A DNA stretch of 44,753 nucleotides from Solobacterium sp. Lineage in GTDB: Bacteria > Bacillota_I > Bacilli_A > Erysipelotrichales > Erysipelotrichaceae. Below the pieces are notes generated by a model, which saw nothing but the letters and a program-made list of their open reading frames with translations, had not been told where the DNA came from and made no database searches. A program made the position numbers and the translations under genes. Position 1 is the stretch's first letter. Every line of letters starts with the position of its first letter. Below are positions 8,402-17,389 of the stretch, piece after piece. The stretch covers positions 1 to 44,753 of the forward strand of contig JAFOLE010000066.1 in assembly GCA_017419465.1 (NCBI GenBank), in the 5' to 3' direction.

Positions 8402-8880
8402 TGGAGAAGATTGCAAGTTTTACGGTGAACCATCTGATTCTTGAACCGGGCATTTATGTGTCCCGCCGGGACCACGTTAACGATGCGGTGCTGACAACCT
8501 TTGATGTGCGGATGACGGCGCCGAACAAAGAACCGGTCATGAATACTGCGGAAGTGCACACCCTCGAGCATCTCGGTGCGACGTTTCTGCGGAATGATCC
8601 GGAATACAGGGATGAAGTGATCTACTGGGGACCGATGGGCTGCCGGACAGGATTCTATCTGATTCTGGCAGGAGAAAAGGAACCGGAAGATATTATCGGT
8701 CTCATGAAGCGCCTGTATCGTTTTATGGCAGACTTTGAAGGCGAGGTTCCGGGCGCCTGCGCAAGGGACTGCGGGAATTATCTCGACATGAACCTTCCAA
8801 TGGCAAAGCTGCTTGCGGAAAGGTTTCTGAACGAAACACTGGAACAAATTGATGGGAGGCATATGCACTATGGCGAATAA
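8401..8880 (+). CDS. luxS: S-ribosylhomocysteine lyase (AI-2 synthase)
   Basis: IASFTVNH, HTLEH metal motif, GPMGCRTGFY, CGNY. Confidence 0.95.
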   Translation: MEKIASFTVNHLILEPGIYVSRRDHVNDAVLTTFDVRMTAPNKEPVMNTAEVHTLEHLGATFLRNDPEYRDEVIYWGPMGCRTGFYLILAGEKEPEDIIGLMKRLYRFMADFEGEVPGACARDCGNYLDMNLPMAKLLAERFLNETLEQIDGRHMHYGE

Positions 8881-9574
8881 ACGAATCGGAATCATCGGGG
8901 CGATGGCGGCGGAAGTGGAAGGACTACATGAACGCATGACAGTAGCCCGTGAAGTGAAGAAAGCGGGAATGACCTTTTTTGAAGGAACGCTCGGGGCGAC
9001 GAAAATCGTGCTTGTACAGAGCGGCATCGGAAAAGTGAATGCGGCCGCATGCGCACAGATTCTGGCAGACTGCTTTGAAGTAACCCATATCCTGAATACC
9101 GGCATCGCCGGATCGCTGGATGACGCAATTGATATCGGTGATATTGTGGTTTCCACAGATGCGCTCCAGCATGATATGGACGCAACGCCGTTTGGCTATG
9201 AAGCCGGACAGGTGCCGGGACTCTCTGTCATGGCATTTCCGGCAGACGAAGCATTCCGTGCCATGGCGGTGGAAGCCGTCCGTACGGCAGCACCTGATGT
9301 GAAGGTGTTCGAAGGACGGGTCGTCAGCGGCGATCAGTTCATCAGCTCGCAGGAAAAGAAGGACGCCATCAAGGCAGCGTTCGGCGGACTCTGCACGGAG
9401 ATGGAAGGGGCCGCAATTGCCCAGACCGCATGGCTCAACCATATTCCGTTTGTCATTCTGCGTTCGATTTCCGACAAGGCAAATGATGACGCGGGACGGG
9501 CTTATTCTGAGATCGAAGCAGAGGCAGCTGCCCACTGTTCTGCGGTTACCGCATCGATTATTGAACATTTCTGA
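8870..9574 (+). CDS. mtnN: 5'-methylthioadenosine/S-adenosylhomocysteine nucleosidase
   Basis: IGIIGAM, SGIGKVNAA, SGDQF, EMEGAAIAQ, RSISD; SD GGAGG at 8855. Confidence 0.95.
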   Translation: MANKRIGIIGAMAAEVEGLHERMTVAREVKKAGMTFFEGTLGATKIVLVQSGIGKVNAAACAQILADCFEVTHILNTGIAGSLDDAIDIGDIVVSTDALQHDMDATPFGYEAGQVPGLSVMAFPADEAFRAMAVEAVRTAAPDVKVFEGRVVSGDQFISSQEKKDAIKAAFGGLCTEMEGAAIAQTAWLNHIPFVILRSISDKANDDAGRAYSEIEAEAAAHCSAVTASIIEHF

Positions 9575-9597
9575 AGACTGCTCCGGCAGTCTTTTCT
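9574..9597 (+). terminator. Terminator after mtnN
   Basis: AAGACTGC-tccg-GCAGTCTT-TTCT. Confidence 0.65.
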
Positions 9598-9617
9598 AAA
9601 AGTTGTGAAATCTCCGG

Positions 9618-9646
9618 TTGAGAGAATGGCGCTTTTTTAATAGAAT
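9618..9646 (+). promoter_or_regulatory. Sigma-A promoter of queT
   Basis: TTGAGA-17 bp-TAGAAT. Confidence 0.7.
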
Positions 9647-9652
9647 AGGTGT

Positions 9653-9708
9653 TGCGGTTTTGAACCGCCGTCGGTAGCGGCTACCCGACGTATACCCAAA
9701 ATAAGGAG
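9653..9708 (+). ncRNA. Candidate preQ1 class I riboswitch (atypical) with an upstream P0 hairpin
   Basis: GCGGTT-ttg-AACCGC hairpin, then GTCGG-TAGCGGCTAC-CCGAC and an A-rich tail CAAAATAAGGAG overlapping the SD, directly upstream of queT. Confidence 0.55.
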
Positions 9709-9714
9709 AATTTC

Positions 9715-10215
9715 ATGACAACAAAACGTTTCGCAAAGATCGCAATGGTTGCGGCGCTGTACGCTGCCGTATCCCTTGCCCTGGCACCGATGTCCTACGG
9801 TCCGATTCAGGTCCGTATCGCAGAGGCGCTGACGATGCTGCCGCTGATCTGGCAGCCCGCCATCCCGGCGCTTACGCTGGGATGCTTCATCACCAACCTG
9901 ATCGGAACCGCCATGTCGGTTACCGGCCCGATTGATATCGTGGTCGGAACTCTCGCAACCTTCCTTGCGGCGGTATGCACATGGAAGCTGCGTAATAAAC
10001 TGACAGCCGGCATTCCGCTGCTGGCCATTCTGATGCCGGTTCTGTTCAACGCCGTATTTGTCGGTATCGAACTTGCCTGGATGCTGAATCCGGACCAGAT
10101 CGTACGGATGTCCGTCGTATATGGATTCCAGGTAGCGGTTGGTGAACTGATTTCCGTTATTATCGGATACCTGGTTGTCCGTAATCTTCCTGTAGAAAAA
10201 CTGTTCAAGGAGTAA
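9715..10215 (+). CDS. queT: QueT family queuosine-precursor transporter
   Basis: AALYAAV...PMSYGPIQVRIAEAL, GCFITN, DIVVGTLAT, VAVGE. Confidence 0.9.
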   Translation: MTTKRFAKIAMVAALYAAVSLALAPMSYGPIQVRIAEALTMLPLIWQPAIPALTLGCFITNLIGTAMSVTGPIDIVVGTLATFLAAVCTWKLRNKLTAGIPLLAILMPVLFNAVFVGIELAWMLNPDQIVRMSVVYGFQVAVGELISVIIGYLVVRNLPVEKLFKE

Positions 10216-10218
10216 CGT

Positions 10219-10998
10219 ATGCTGAGAAAACTGCTTTCTGCTCTTCTGGTGGTACTTTTGGCGCTGCTTGGTGTAAGCGCGTATTTTACCTTCTTCGGGA
10301 AGCGGAATGCAGCACCCGAACGGACGGCTGAACCGGAAGTGACGGCAGTGCCGGAAGAACCGGCACCGACGCCGACACCGGAGCCGACGATTGATCCGGC
10401 ATTGTTCACCGATACGAACAGCCTGCTCATCGTTGCCAATAAAAAACACAAGCTTCCGGACGGGTATGTTCCGGCAGATCTTGTGACACCCGACATCGCG
10501 CAGACAGCCGCGTGTACGATGCGGGCTCCGGCAGCGGAGGCAATTGCGGAAATGTCCCGTGCAGCCGCAGAAGACGGGGTATATCTGAAGATTTCTTCCG
10601 CTTACCGCGGAGAAGATTATCAGCGCACGCTGTACAACGGATACAGTGCAAGCTATGGTTCGGAAACCGCAGACACGATCAGTTCGCGGCCGGGCTATTC
10701 CGATCATCAGACCGGACTTGCGGCGGACTTTGTCGAAGGAGACGGCTCGCTGGACGGAACCAACTTCAACCCGTCCTTTGAGGAAACCGCAAGCGGAAAC
10801 TGGCTTCGCGAACATGCGCATGAATACGGATTTATCATGCGTTATCCGAAGGACAAGCAGGAAATCACCGGTTATGCGTATGAACCGTGGCACTTCCGCT
10901 ATATCGGTGTGGACTACGCAACGGCCATCTATGAGAAAGATGTCTTCTATACCTTTGAGGAGTTCTTCGGTGTAGAAGGCGGCGATTACGCGGATTAA
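10219..10998 (+). CDS. M15B D-Ala-D-Ala / LD-carboxypeptidase, membrane anchored
   Basis: TM anchor, PT linker, SAYR, SDHQTGLAAD (SxHxxGxAxD), YEPWH. Confidence 0.9.
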   Translation: MLRKLLSALLVVLLALLGVSAYFTFFGKRNAAPERTAEPEVTAVPEEPAPTPTPEPTIDPALFTDTNSLLIVANKKHKLPDGYVPADLVTPDIAQTAACTMRAPAAEAIAEMSRAAAEDGVYLKISSAYRGEDYQRTLYNGYSASYGSETADTISSRPGYSDHQTGLAADFVEGDGSLDGTNFNPSFEETASGNWLREHAHEYGFIMRYPKDKQEITGYAYEPWHFRYIGVDYATAIYEKDVFYTFEEFFGVEGGDYAD

Positions 10999-11007
10999 CA
11001 ACGCATC

Positions 11008-11034
11008 AGGAGACGGAAGTCTCCTTTTGTTTTT
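11008..11034 (+). terminator. Rho-independent terminator
   Basis: AGGAGAC-ggaa-GTCTCCT followed by TTTGTTTTT. Confidence 0.75.
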
Positions 11035-11061
11035 GCGGTTCCGTACTATAATATGGGCTGT

Positions 11062-11721
11062 ATGAGTGAAACAGAACGAAAACCGGTATTTGGGCTGTCG
11101 TTTTTTACGACAATGTCCAATCTCCTGATTCTGAATATCCTGTGGCTGATCACTTCCATTCCGCTGATTACGATCGCGGATACCTCCGCCGGCATGTATC
11201 ATGTGATGCTGAAACTGGAGCGCGGGACGGAAGACAGCGTGGCACGGCCGTATTTCCGCTTTCTGAAAAACAACTTTTTCAAAAGCCTGCCGTATGCCCT
11301 GCTGATATGGGCGTCACTGATCGGGGTGCTTTCCCTGTTCTTTGTGCTGGGAGACGGCGGGTCCGCACTTGCAATCGGACTGACCGCAGCCCTGACCCTG
11401 ATTCTGGTCACATTGTTTGGATGGGTGATACCGCTGTTTGCGCAGTTTGACAATACCGTCGGCGCAATGTTTTCCAATGCGTATAACCTGGCTCTGCAGA
11501 ATCCGTCCGCAACGGCAGTCATTGCCGCATGCAACGTACTTCTGCCGGCGCTGTTTCTGTTTCTGCCCGGCCTGTTTGCCTATGCGCTGTATCTCTGGAT
11601 GATGATCGGACATGCAGTGCTCTGCCGGATCGTATGCCGAAAGCTTCTGCCGGTGTTCAAAGAGCTGATGCCGGAAGAAGAGACGGAACCCGATGAGGAA
11701 TTAACTGAAGATGATGAATGA
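11062..11721 (+). CDS. YesL / DUF624 family membrane protein
   Basis: LNILWLITSIPLITI, YFRFLKNNF, PLFAQFDN, multiple TM segments; start 11053 or 11062. Confidence 0.75.
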   Translation: MSETERKPVFGLSFFTTMSNLLILNILWLITSIPLITIADTSAGMYHVMLKLERGTEDSVARPYFRFLKNNFFKSLPYALLIWASLIGVLSLFFVLGDGGSALAIGLTAALTLILVTLFGWVIPLFAQFDNTVGAMFSNAYNLALQNPSATAVIAACNVLLPALFLFLPGLFAYALYLWMMIGHAVLCRIVCRKLLPVFKELMPEEETEPDEELTEDDE

Positions 11722-13438
11722 TGTAATGACCCGTTATCAGTACTGGCTGGACGAGCCGTACTTTGATGAATATACAAAAAAGGAACTGCGTGCGCTTGCA
11801 GGAAACGAGGAAGAGATTGAAGACCGCTTCCGGAAGGATCTTGAATTCGGTACCGGAGGAATGCGCGGACTGATGGGCGCCGGCACCAACCGCCTGAACG
11901 TCTATACCGTGCGCCGGGCAACGCAGGGACTGGCAAATTATATTAAGGAACAGGGCGGCGCTGACCGCGGGGTTGTCATTTCCTTTGACAGCCGCGTGCA
12001 CAGCGTGGAATTTGCGGAAGAGACAGCACTCTGCCTCAATGCCAACGGCATACGGACGTATCGCTTTGAAAGCCTGCGCCCGACGCCGGAGCTTTCCTTT
12101 GCGGTGCGCGAACTCGGCTGTATTGCCGGCGTTGCCATTACAGCAAGCCATAATCCTGCGGAATACAACGGCTATAAGGTGTACTGGGAAGACGGCGGAC
12201 AGATCACGCCGCCTCATGACCGCAATATCATGGCCCATGCGGCTGCGGTGACATCCTGGACCGCGCCGAAGACGATGACGCGGGAAGATGCGATTGAAAA
12301 CGATCTCTACAAAACGCTCGGGGAAGAGATTGATGAGCGGTATTATGAAGAACTTCTGAAACTGACGATCTGCCCGGATGTACTGAAGGAACAGGCAGAT
12401 CAGCTCCGCATTGTATATACACCGCTGAACGGCTGCGGAAACATTCCGGTACGCACAGTCCTGGAACGGCTCGGCATCCGGCATGTAAAGGTGGTGGAAG
12501 AGCAGGAGGCGCCGGACGGAAGATTCCCGACCTGCCCGTCTCCCAATCCCGAAGAACCTGCCGCGTGGGAATACGCCATGCGGACGGCGAAGGAATATGA
12601 TGCGGATATCGTGATTGCGACCGATCCGGATTCCGACCGGCTCGGCGTACAGGCAAAGGATCCAAAGACCGGGGAATATGTTCTGTTCACCGGAAATATG
12701 ACCGGTGTGCTCATGGCAGAATACATTCTGAACGAGCGGGCTGCCCGTCATACGCTGCCCAAGGACGGCATCCTGATGTCGACCGTGGTTTCAAGTCCGA
12801 TGGGACGGCTGATTGCCGGGGAATACGGATGCGCATTCGGAGAAACACTTACCGGATTCAAATACATCGGCGAACAGATGCGGATCTTTGAAGAACAGGG
12901 AACGCCGTCATTTGTCTTCGGATACGAAGAAAGCTACGGCTGCCTGTACGGCGATTATGTCCGCGACAAGGATGCGCAGTCTGCGGTTGTCATTCTGGCT
13001 GAGATGGCTGCCTCCTGCAGGGCAAGAGGCATTACGCTGGTCGAGGCGCTGGAGGAACTGTATCAGAAGTACGGATACTGGAAGGAAGGCCTGATGACTG
13101 TGAAACTGAGCGGACAGGACGGACGCCTGAAACGGCAGAAGCTGATGGAAGCGATGCGCAGTGAAGCGCTCACGGAAATCGGCGGCCGGGACATCCTTGC
13201 GGTGCGGGATTATAAATCCGGACTGCGGACCGACCGCAGCACGCATCGGACATCCGATACCGGACTTCCGGTTTCTGATGTGGTCTATTACGAACTGGAC
13301 GGCGGCTGGTGCTGCGCAAGGCCGTCGGGCACAGAGCCGAAAGTGAAGTTCTACTTCGGCGTGTGTGAAGAAACAGCTGAAGCGGCAGAAGAAGGGCTTG
13401 CGGCACTGCGGCAGGCACTGGAAGCACTCGCCGCATAA
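11711..13438 (+). CDS. pgm: Phosphoglucomutase / phospho-sugar mutase
   Basis: LEFGTGGMRG, TASHNP, DPDSDR, GYEESYG, RPSGTEPK. Confidence 0.93.
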   Translation: MMNDVMTRYQYWLDEPYFDEYTKKELRALAGNEEEIEDRFRKDLEFGTGGMRGLMGAGTNRLNVYTVRRATQGLANYIKEQGGADRGVVISFDSRVHSVEFAEETALCLNANGIRTYRFESLRPTPELSFAVRELGCIAGVAITASHNPAEYNGYKVYWEDGGQITPPHDRNIMAHAAAVTSWTAPKTMTREDAIENDLYKTLGEEIDERYYEELLKLTICPDVLKEQADQLRIVYTPLNGCGNIPVRTVLERLGIRHVKVVEEQEAPDGRFPTCPSPNPEEPAAWEYAMRTAKEYDADIVIATDPDSDRLGVQAKDPKTGEYVLFTGNMTGVLMAEYILNERAARHTLPKDGILMSTVVSSPMGRLIAGEYGCAFGETLTGFKYIGEQMRIFEEQGTPSFVFGYEESYGCLYGDYVRDKDAQSAVVILAEMAASCRARGITLVEALEELYQKYGYWKEGLMTVKLSGQDGRLKRQKLMEAMRSEALTEIGGRDILAVRDYKSGLRTDRSTHRTSDTGLPVSDVVYYELDGGWCCARPSGTEPKVKFYFGVCEETAEAAEEGLAALRQALEALAA

Positions 13439-13497
13439 ACAGAAAGGAAACGATGCGCACGGCCCGGGGAACCGGGCCTGCATGCTATAATTCCGGT

Positions 13498-14130
13498 ATG
13501 GAACAGGGAAGATTCATAACATTTGAAGGACCGGACGGAAGCGGAAAAACAACGGTTTCCCAGGCGGTCTGTGAAGAACTGAAAAAACTCGGATATCCGG
13601 TCCGCTATACAAGAGAACCGGGCGGATCAGCGATTGCGGAGTCTATCCGCGATATCATTCTTGATCCGAAGAATACCGATATGGATGCGCGCTGTGAAGC
13701 GCTGCTTTATGCCGCGAGCCGTGCCCAGCATCTGAAGGATATCGTTCTGCCGGCGCTTGCGGAAGGAACGCATGTTATCTGCGACCGCTTCGTCGACAGT
13801 TCCATTGCCTATCAGGGCTATGCGCGCGGCATCGGCGCAGATGCGGTGATGGATATCAACCGCTTTGCGATCAACGGACAGATGCCGGTAAAGACCATTT
13901 ACCTTGATATTTCGGCCGAAGCCGGACTGGAGCGTGTCAACGCAAGACGCCGTGCGGCCGACCGGCTTGACAGTGAGGGTGTTGCCTTTCATCAGGCGGT
14001 ATGCGAAGGTTACCGGAAGGTGCTTGAGAGTGCATCCGACCGCATGATTGTGATCGATGCCTCACAGCCGCTGGAAACCGTGGTGGCAGAATCGCTCCGC
14101 GCTGTCAGGGAGATTCTGGATGGCGACTAA
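13498..14130 (+). CDS. tmk: Thymidylate kinase
   Basis: FITFEGPDGSGKTT, TREPGG, CDRFVDSSIAYQG; an alternative in-frame start exists at 13453. Confidence 0.95.
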   Translation: MEQGRFITFEGPDGSGKTTVSQAVCEELKKLGYPVRYTREPGGSAIAESIRDIILDPKNTDMDARCEALLYAASRAQHLKDIVLPALAEGTHVICDRFVDSSIAYQGYARGIGADAVMDINRFAINGQMPVKTIYLDISAEAGLERVNARRRAADRLDSEGVAFHQAVCEGYRKVLESASDRMIVIDASQPLETVVAESLRAVREILDGD

Positions 14131-15259
14131 GACGAAGCTTACCGCAAAGGAAAAGGAAGCGCTGGAAGCTCAGAAACAGAGTGAAGCGGAAGACCGTTCC
14201 GCTGCGGAACGCAGAGACCGGATCACGAGGATGCTGAAGGAAACGCCGCCGGGACGGCTGCTGGAGGCTGCGCTGAAACAGAACGATGTGTTTCATGCAT
14301 ACCTTTTCTATGGTCCGGGCGATTCCCTGAAGGATGATGCGGCAATGACATTTGCCGCAAGCATACTCACCGGCAGTGATCATCTCGTCCTGGAGCGCAC
14401 GGAACCCGAAGCTTCGGCTTCCGTGATCACCCAGATGCATCATGGCGAGCACAGTGATTTTATCTTTCTGGACGGCTCCCGCCGGGAGGCAATCAAGAAG
14501 GAAGAAGTGGATATGATCCAGCGCCGGTTTTCTCTGACGGCATCTTCCGAACGCGGCACAAAGGTCTATGTCATCACGCATGCGGAGAACTCAAGCCTCA
14601 GTGCGATGAACAGCCTGCTCAAGTTCCTTGAGGAACCGGCGGAAAATGTATATGCGATCCTTACTGCGGACAACATTGAACGGATTCTGCCGACCATCCG
14701 CTCCCGCTGTATCACAGTGCCGTTTCAGGCGCTGAGCCGCGAAACGCTGATCGCATTCTGCGAAGAAGAAGGACTGGATGAAGAAGATATCTTCTTTGTC
14801 AGTATCGCCTCACCGCGTCCCAACGAAGCGGGAAAGATGGCTGCCGGACGCAGCTATCAGACCGCAAAGCGGATGCTGAGACAGTATCTGAACATCGACG
14901 CAAGCCGTGATCTGCTGTTTGCGGATTATGAATACCGCTATCGCTCCAAAGCGGGAAATGATGAGGGAGAGGGCGTCCGATACAAGGATGCACGGGATGA
15001 AAACCTGGACACCCTGGATCTCTATTTCCGCTTTCTTGTGCAGTTTTTCCATGATGTGCTGAAAAATGACGGCGCCGGTCCGTCATGGTATCATGATGCT
15101 GTCACGGCGATGCAGCGCCGGAATGATTACGTGCGTATCTGCACGGAACAGATGAAGATCGCCGCGGAAGCGCGCGACAAAGTAAACCGAAACAATGATC
15201 TGAGCCTGCTTCTGGCGCAGACCATTTCCCGACTGGAGGATTCAGAACATGTCCAATAA
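14120..15259 (+). CDS. holB: DNA polymerase III subunit delta-prime
   Basis: HAYLFYGP, AMNSLLKFLEEP, LPTIRSRC; conserved tmk-holB-ricT-rsmI order; SD AGGGAG. Confidence 0.85.
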   Translation: MATKTKLTAKEKEALEAQKQSEAEDRSAAERRDRITRMLKETPPGRLLEAALKQNDVFHAYLFYGPGDSLKDDAAMTFAASILTGSDHLVLERTEPEASASVITQMHHGEHSDFIFLDGSRREAIKKEEVDMIQRRFSLTASSERGTKVYVITHAENSSLSAMNSLLKFLEEPAENVYAILTADNIERILPTIRSRCITVPFQALSRETLIAFCEEEGLDEEDIFFVSIASPRPNEAGKMAAGRSYQTAKRMLRQYLNIDASRDLLFADYEYRYRSKAGNDEGEGVRYKDARDENLDTLDLYFRFLVQFFHDVLKNDGAGPSWYHDAVTAMQRRNDYVRICTEQMKIAAEARDKVNRNNDLSLLLAQTISRLEDSEHVQ

Positions 15260-16514
15260 CGAAAATACAGCTGTCGCAGAACAGCATTATGACTATGTGG
15301 TTTCTGTGCGGTTTCACAACAGCGGCCGTTCCTATACATTCGGCACCAGCATGCCGGATCTCAGGGCAGGCGAAAAAGTAGTTGTGGAGACCTCACAGGG
15401 TCTTGAACTGGCAACGTGCCAGACCGCAAGCACAAGCTCCGACATCTATCCGATTCCGCATACTCCGCTCATGCCGGTTCACCGCCGGGCAGGACAGAGT
15501 GATGTGGCGGACTTCCACGAGAATCTGGAATATGCAAAGCAGGCGATGGCAATCTGCGAAGAGGAAATCAAGGACCTTGAACTTGGAATGCATCTTTTGT
15601 CCGCGGATTATACGCTGGACCGTTCCAAGATTCTGTTTGTCTATCAGGCAGAACAGCGTGTGGACTTCCGTGAGCTTTTGAAACGGCTCGGCTCCAAACT
15701 GCACTGCCGGATTGAACTGCGTCAGATCGGTGAGCGCGACAAGGCGAAGATGGTCGGCGGCATCGGTGTATGCGGCATGGAGTGCTGCTGTGCACGGTTC
15801 AAGTCAAAGATGGATGTCATTTCCATCAATATGGCAAAAAATCAGCTGCTTGCGCTGAATACGGAGAAACTTTCCGGTATGTGCGGCAAGCTGATGTGCT
15901 GTCTGAAATATGAAGACGCCAACTACAAGGAACTGACTGCCGGACTTCCGAAGATGGGCGCCCATGTCGAGTATCAGGGTGTGATGTACCGTGTCACTTC
16001 CATGAATGTCATGACCAATGAGGCACGTCTTGAAAATAGTGAGAGCTACGAAGTGATCACGATCGATGACCTGCGTGAAAAGACGATTGTCCGCAAGGGT
16101 ATTACCGTAGGAAGAAAGTCTCCGCAGCGCACCGCAAAACAGAATCATGTTGCACCGGGTGTGCGCAACCTGCATGAACCGCACGGCGCATTCAGTGCCA
16201 GCGAAAGTGAAAAGACCCGCGGTATTTCTGCGGAGTCCAAGGATACGACGCATCAGAAGGAAGCGGATCTCAGGCTGAAGTCCGCCCGCAGTGAGCGCAA
16301 GGCAAAGAGTGCGCAGCCGAAGGAAAAACCGCAGAACAACAATAACAATAACCGGCAGGCAGGACGCCGTTCCGGCAGCGGAAATAACAATTCCCGCCGC
16401 CGTGACAATTCCCGCCGCATCCCGGAAAACAATAACAATCCCAATGTAACGGTACGGAGCTTCAAGTCGTCCAAGACCCGTGCGTCCGAGGCCGCAAAGG
16501 AAGCGAAGAAATGA
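15249..16514 (+). CDS. ricT: RicT (YaaT, PSP1 domain) regulatory Fe-S protein with a long disordered tail
   Basis: RVDFRELLK, RIELRQIG, GGIGVCGMECCC, SGMCGKLMCCLKYE. Confidence 0.9.
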   Translation: MSNNENTAVAEQHYDYVVSVRFHNSGRSYTFGTSMPDLRAGEKVVVETSQGLELATCQTASTSSDIYPIPHTPLMPVHRRAGQSDVADFHENLEYAKQAMAICEEEIKDLELGMHLLSADYTLDRSKILFVYQAEQRVDFRELLKRLGSKLHCRIELRQIGERDKAKMVGGIGVCGMECCCARFKSKMDVISINMAKNQLLALNTEKLSGMCGKLMCCLKYEDANYKELTAGLPKMGAHVEYQGVMYRVTSMNVMTNEARLENSESYEVITIDDLREKTIVRKGITVGRKSPQRTAKQNHVAPGVRNLHEPHGAFSASESEKTRGISAESKDTTHQKEADLRLKSARSERKAKSAQPKEKPQNNNNNNRQAGRRSGSGNNNSRRRDNSRRIPENNNNPNVTVRSFKSSKTRASEAAKEAKK

Positions 16515-17365
16515 ATCGGCAGAAGAGCTTTGAAAATGAAAAGCCGACTCTTTATCTCGTGCCGACACCGATCGGAAATCTTTCCGAGATGTCTCCGCGC
16601 GCCATTGAGATCCTGAAGAGCGTCAACGTGATCGCCTGCGAGGATACCCGGACAAGCGGTCAGATGCTGAAGCACTTCGGCATTCATAACCGTCTGATTG
16701 CCTATCAGAACTTTAACGAGGACCCGAGTGCCCGCGGCATCATCAACCTGTTGTCACAGGGACAGAATGTCGCTCTGATTTCTGACGCCGGCTACCCGCT
16801 GATCAATGATCCGGGACAGCGCGTTGTGACGGAAGCGACGGCGCTTGGATACAACGTCGTACCGGTATCGGGCTGTTCCGCGTTTCTTAACGCACTGGTC
16901 GCAAGCGGTCTGATTGTGCAGCCGTTTATTTTCATCGGCTTTCTGCCGCAGTCAGACAATGAACGAAACAAGAAGCTGCGGGAGTACCGCAGCTATCCGA
17001 TGACGCTTGTCTTCTATGAAGCGCCGCATCGGATCGCGAAGTGCCTGAAGTCCTGCCTGGATATCTTCGGGGACCGCCGGTGCTGCCTGGCACGGGAGCT
17101 GACAAAAGTACATGAGGAGTTCCTGCGCGGAACGATCAGCGAAGTGCTCGAAGCGTGCGAAGGACTGAAGGGTGAAATGGTCATTATCATTGACGGAAAT
17201 CATGAGGACTTCCACAAGGACATTGACTATGGGACACTCATGATGATGGTTAATGATCAGATCAGTCAGGGTATGTCGAAATCGGATGCCGTGAAGAAAG
17301 TCGCGGGAGAAACAGGCATATCCAGACGCAAACTCTATGAAATGGTTCACAGTATTGAAAACTGA
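16511..17365 (+). CDS. rsmI: 16S rRNA (cytidine1402-2'-O)-methyltransferase
   Basis: LYLVPTPIGNL, ACEDTR, SDAGYPLINDPG, FYEAPHR, RELTKVHEE. Confidence 0.95.
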   Translation: MNRQKSFENEKPTLYLVPTPIGNLSEMSPRAIEILKSVNVIACEDTRTSGQMLKHFGIHNRLIAYQNFNEDPSARGIINLLSQGQNVALISDAGYPLINDPGQRVVTEATALGYNVVPVSGCSAFLNALVASGLIVQPFIFIGFLPQSDNERNKKLREYRSYPMTLVFYEAPHRIAKCLKSCLDIFGDRRCCLARELTKVHEEFLRGTISEVLEACEGLKGEMVIIIDGNHEDFHKDIDYGTLMMMVNDQISQGMSKSDAVKKVAGETGISRRKLYEMVHSIEN

Positions 17366-17389
17366 TGATATCCGGGAAGGAGAGCAATT

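Noticed and set aside
10219-10998. vanY glycopeptide resistance gene
   Set aside because: No vanHAX or vanRS is present; housekeeping M15B carboxypeptidases share these motifs.
13453-13497. N-terminal extension of Tmk from the ORF track
   Set aside because: The region contains a GC hairpin and an extended -10 box, and Tmk homology starts at 13498. Kept only as a possible minor start.
16330-16445. AAC/AAT repeats as a contingency locus or CRISPR-like array
   Set aside because: They are in-frame, impure Asn codon runs with no repeat-spacer periodicity.
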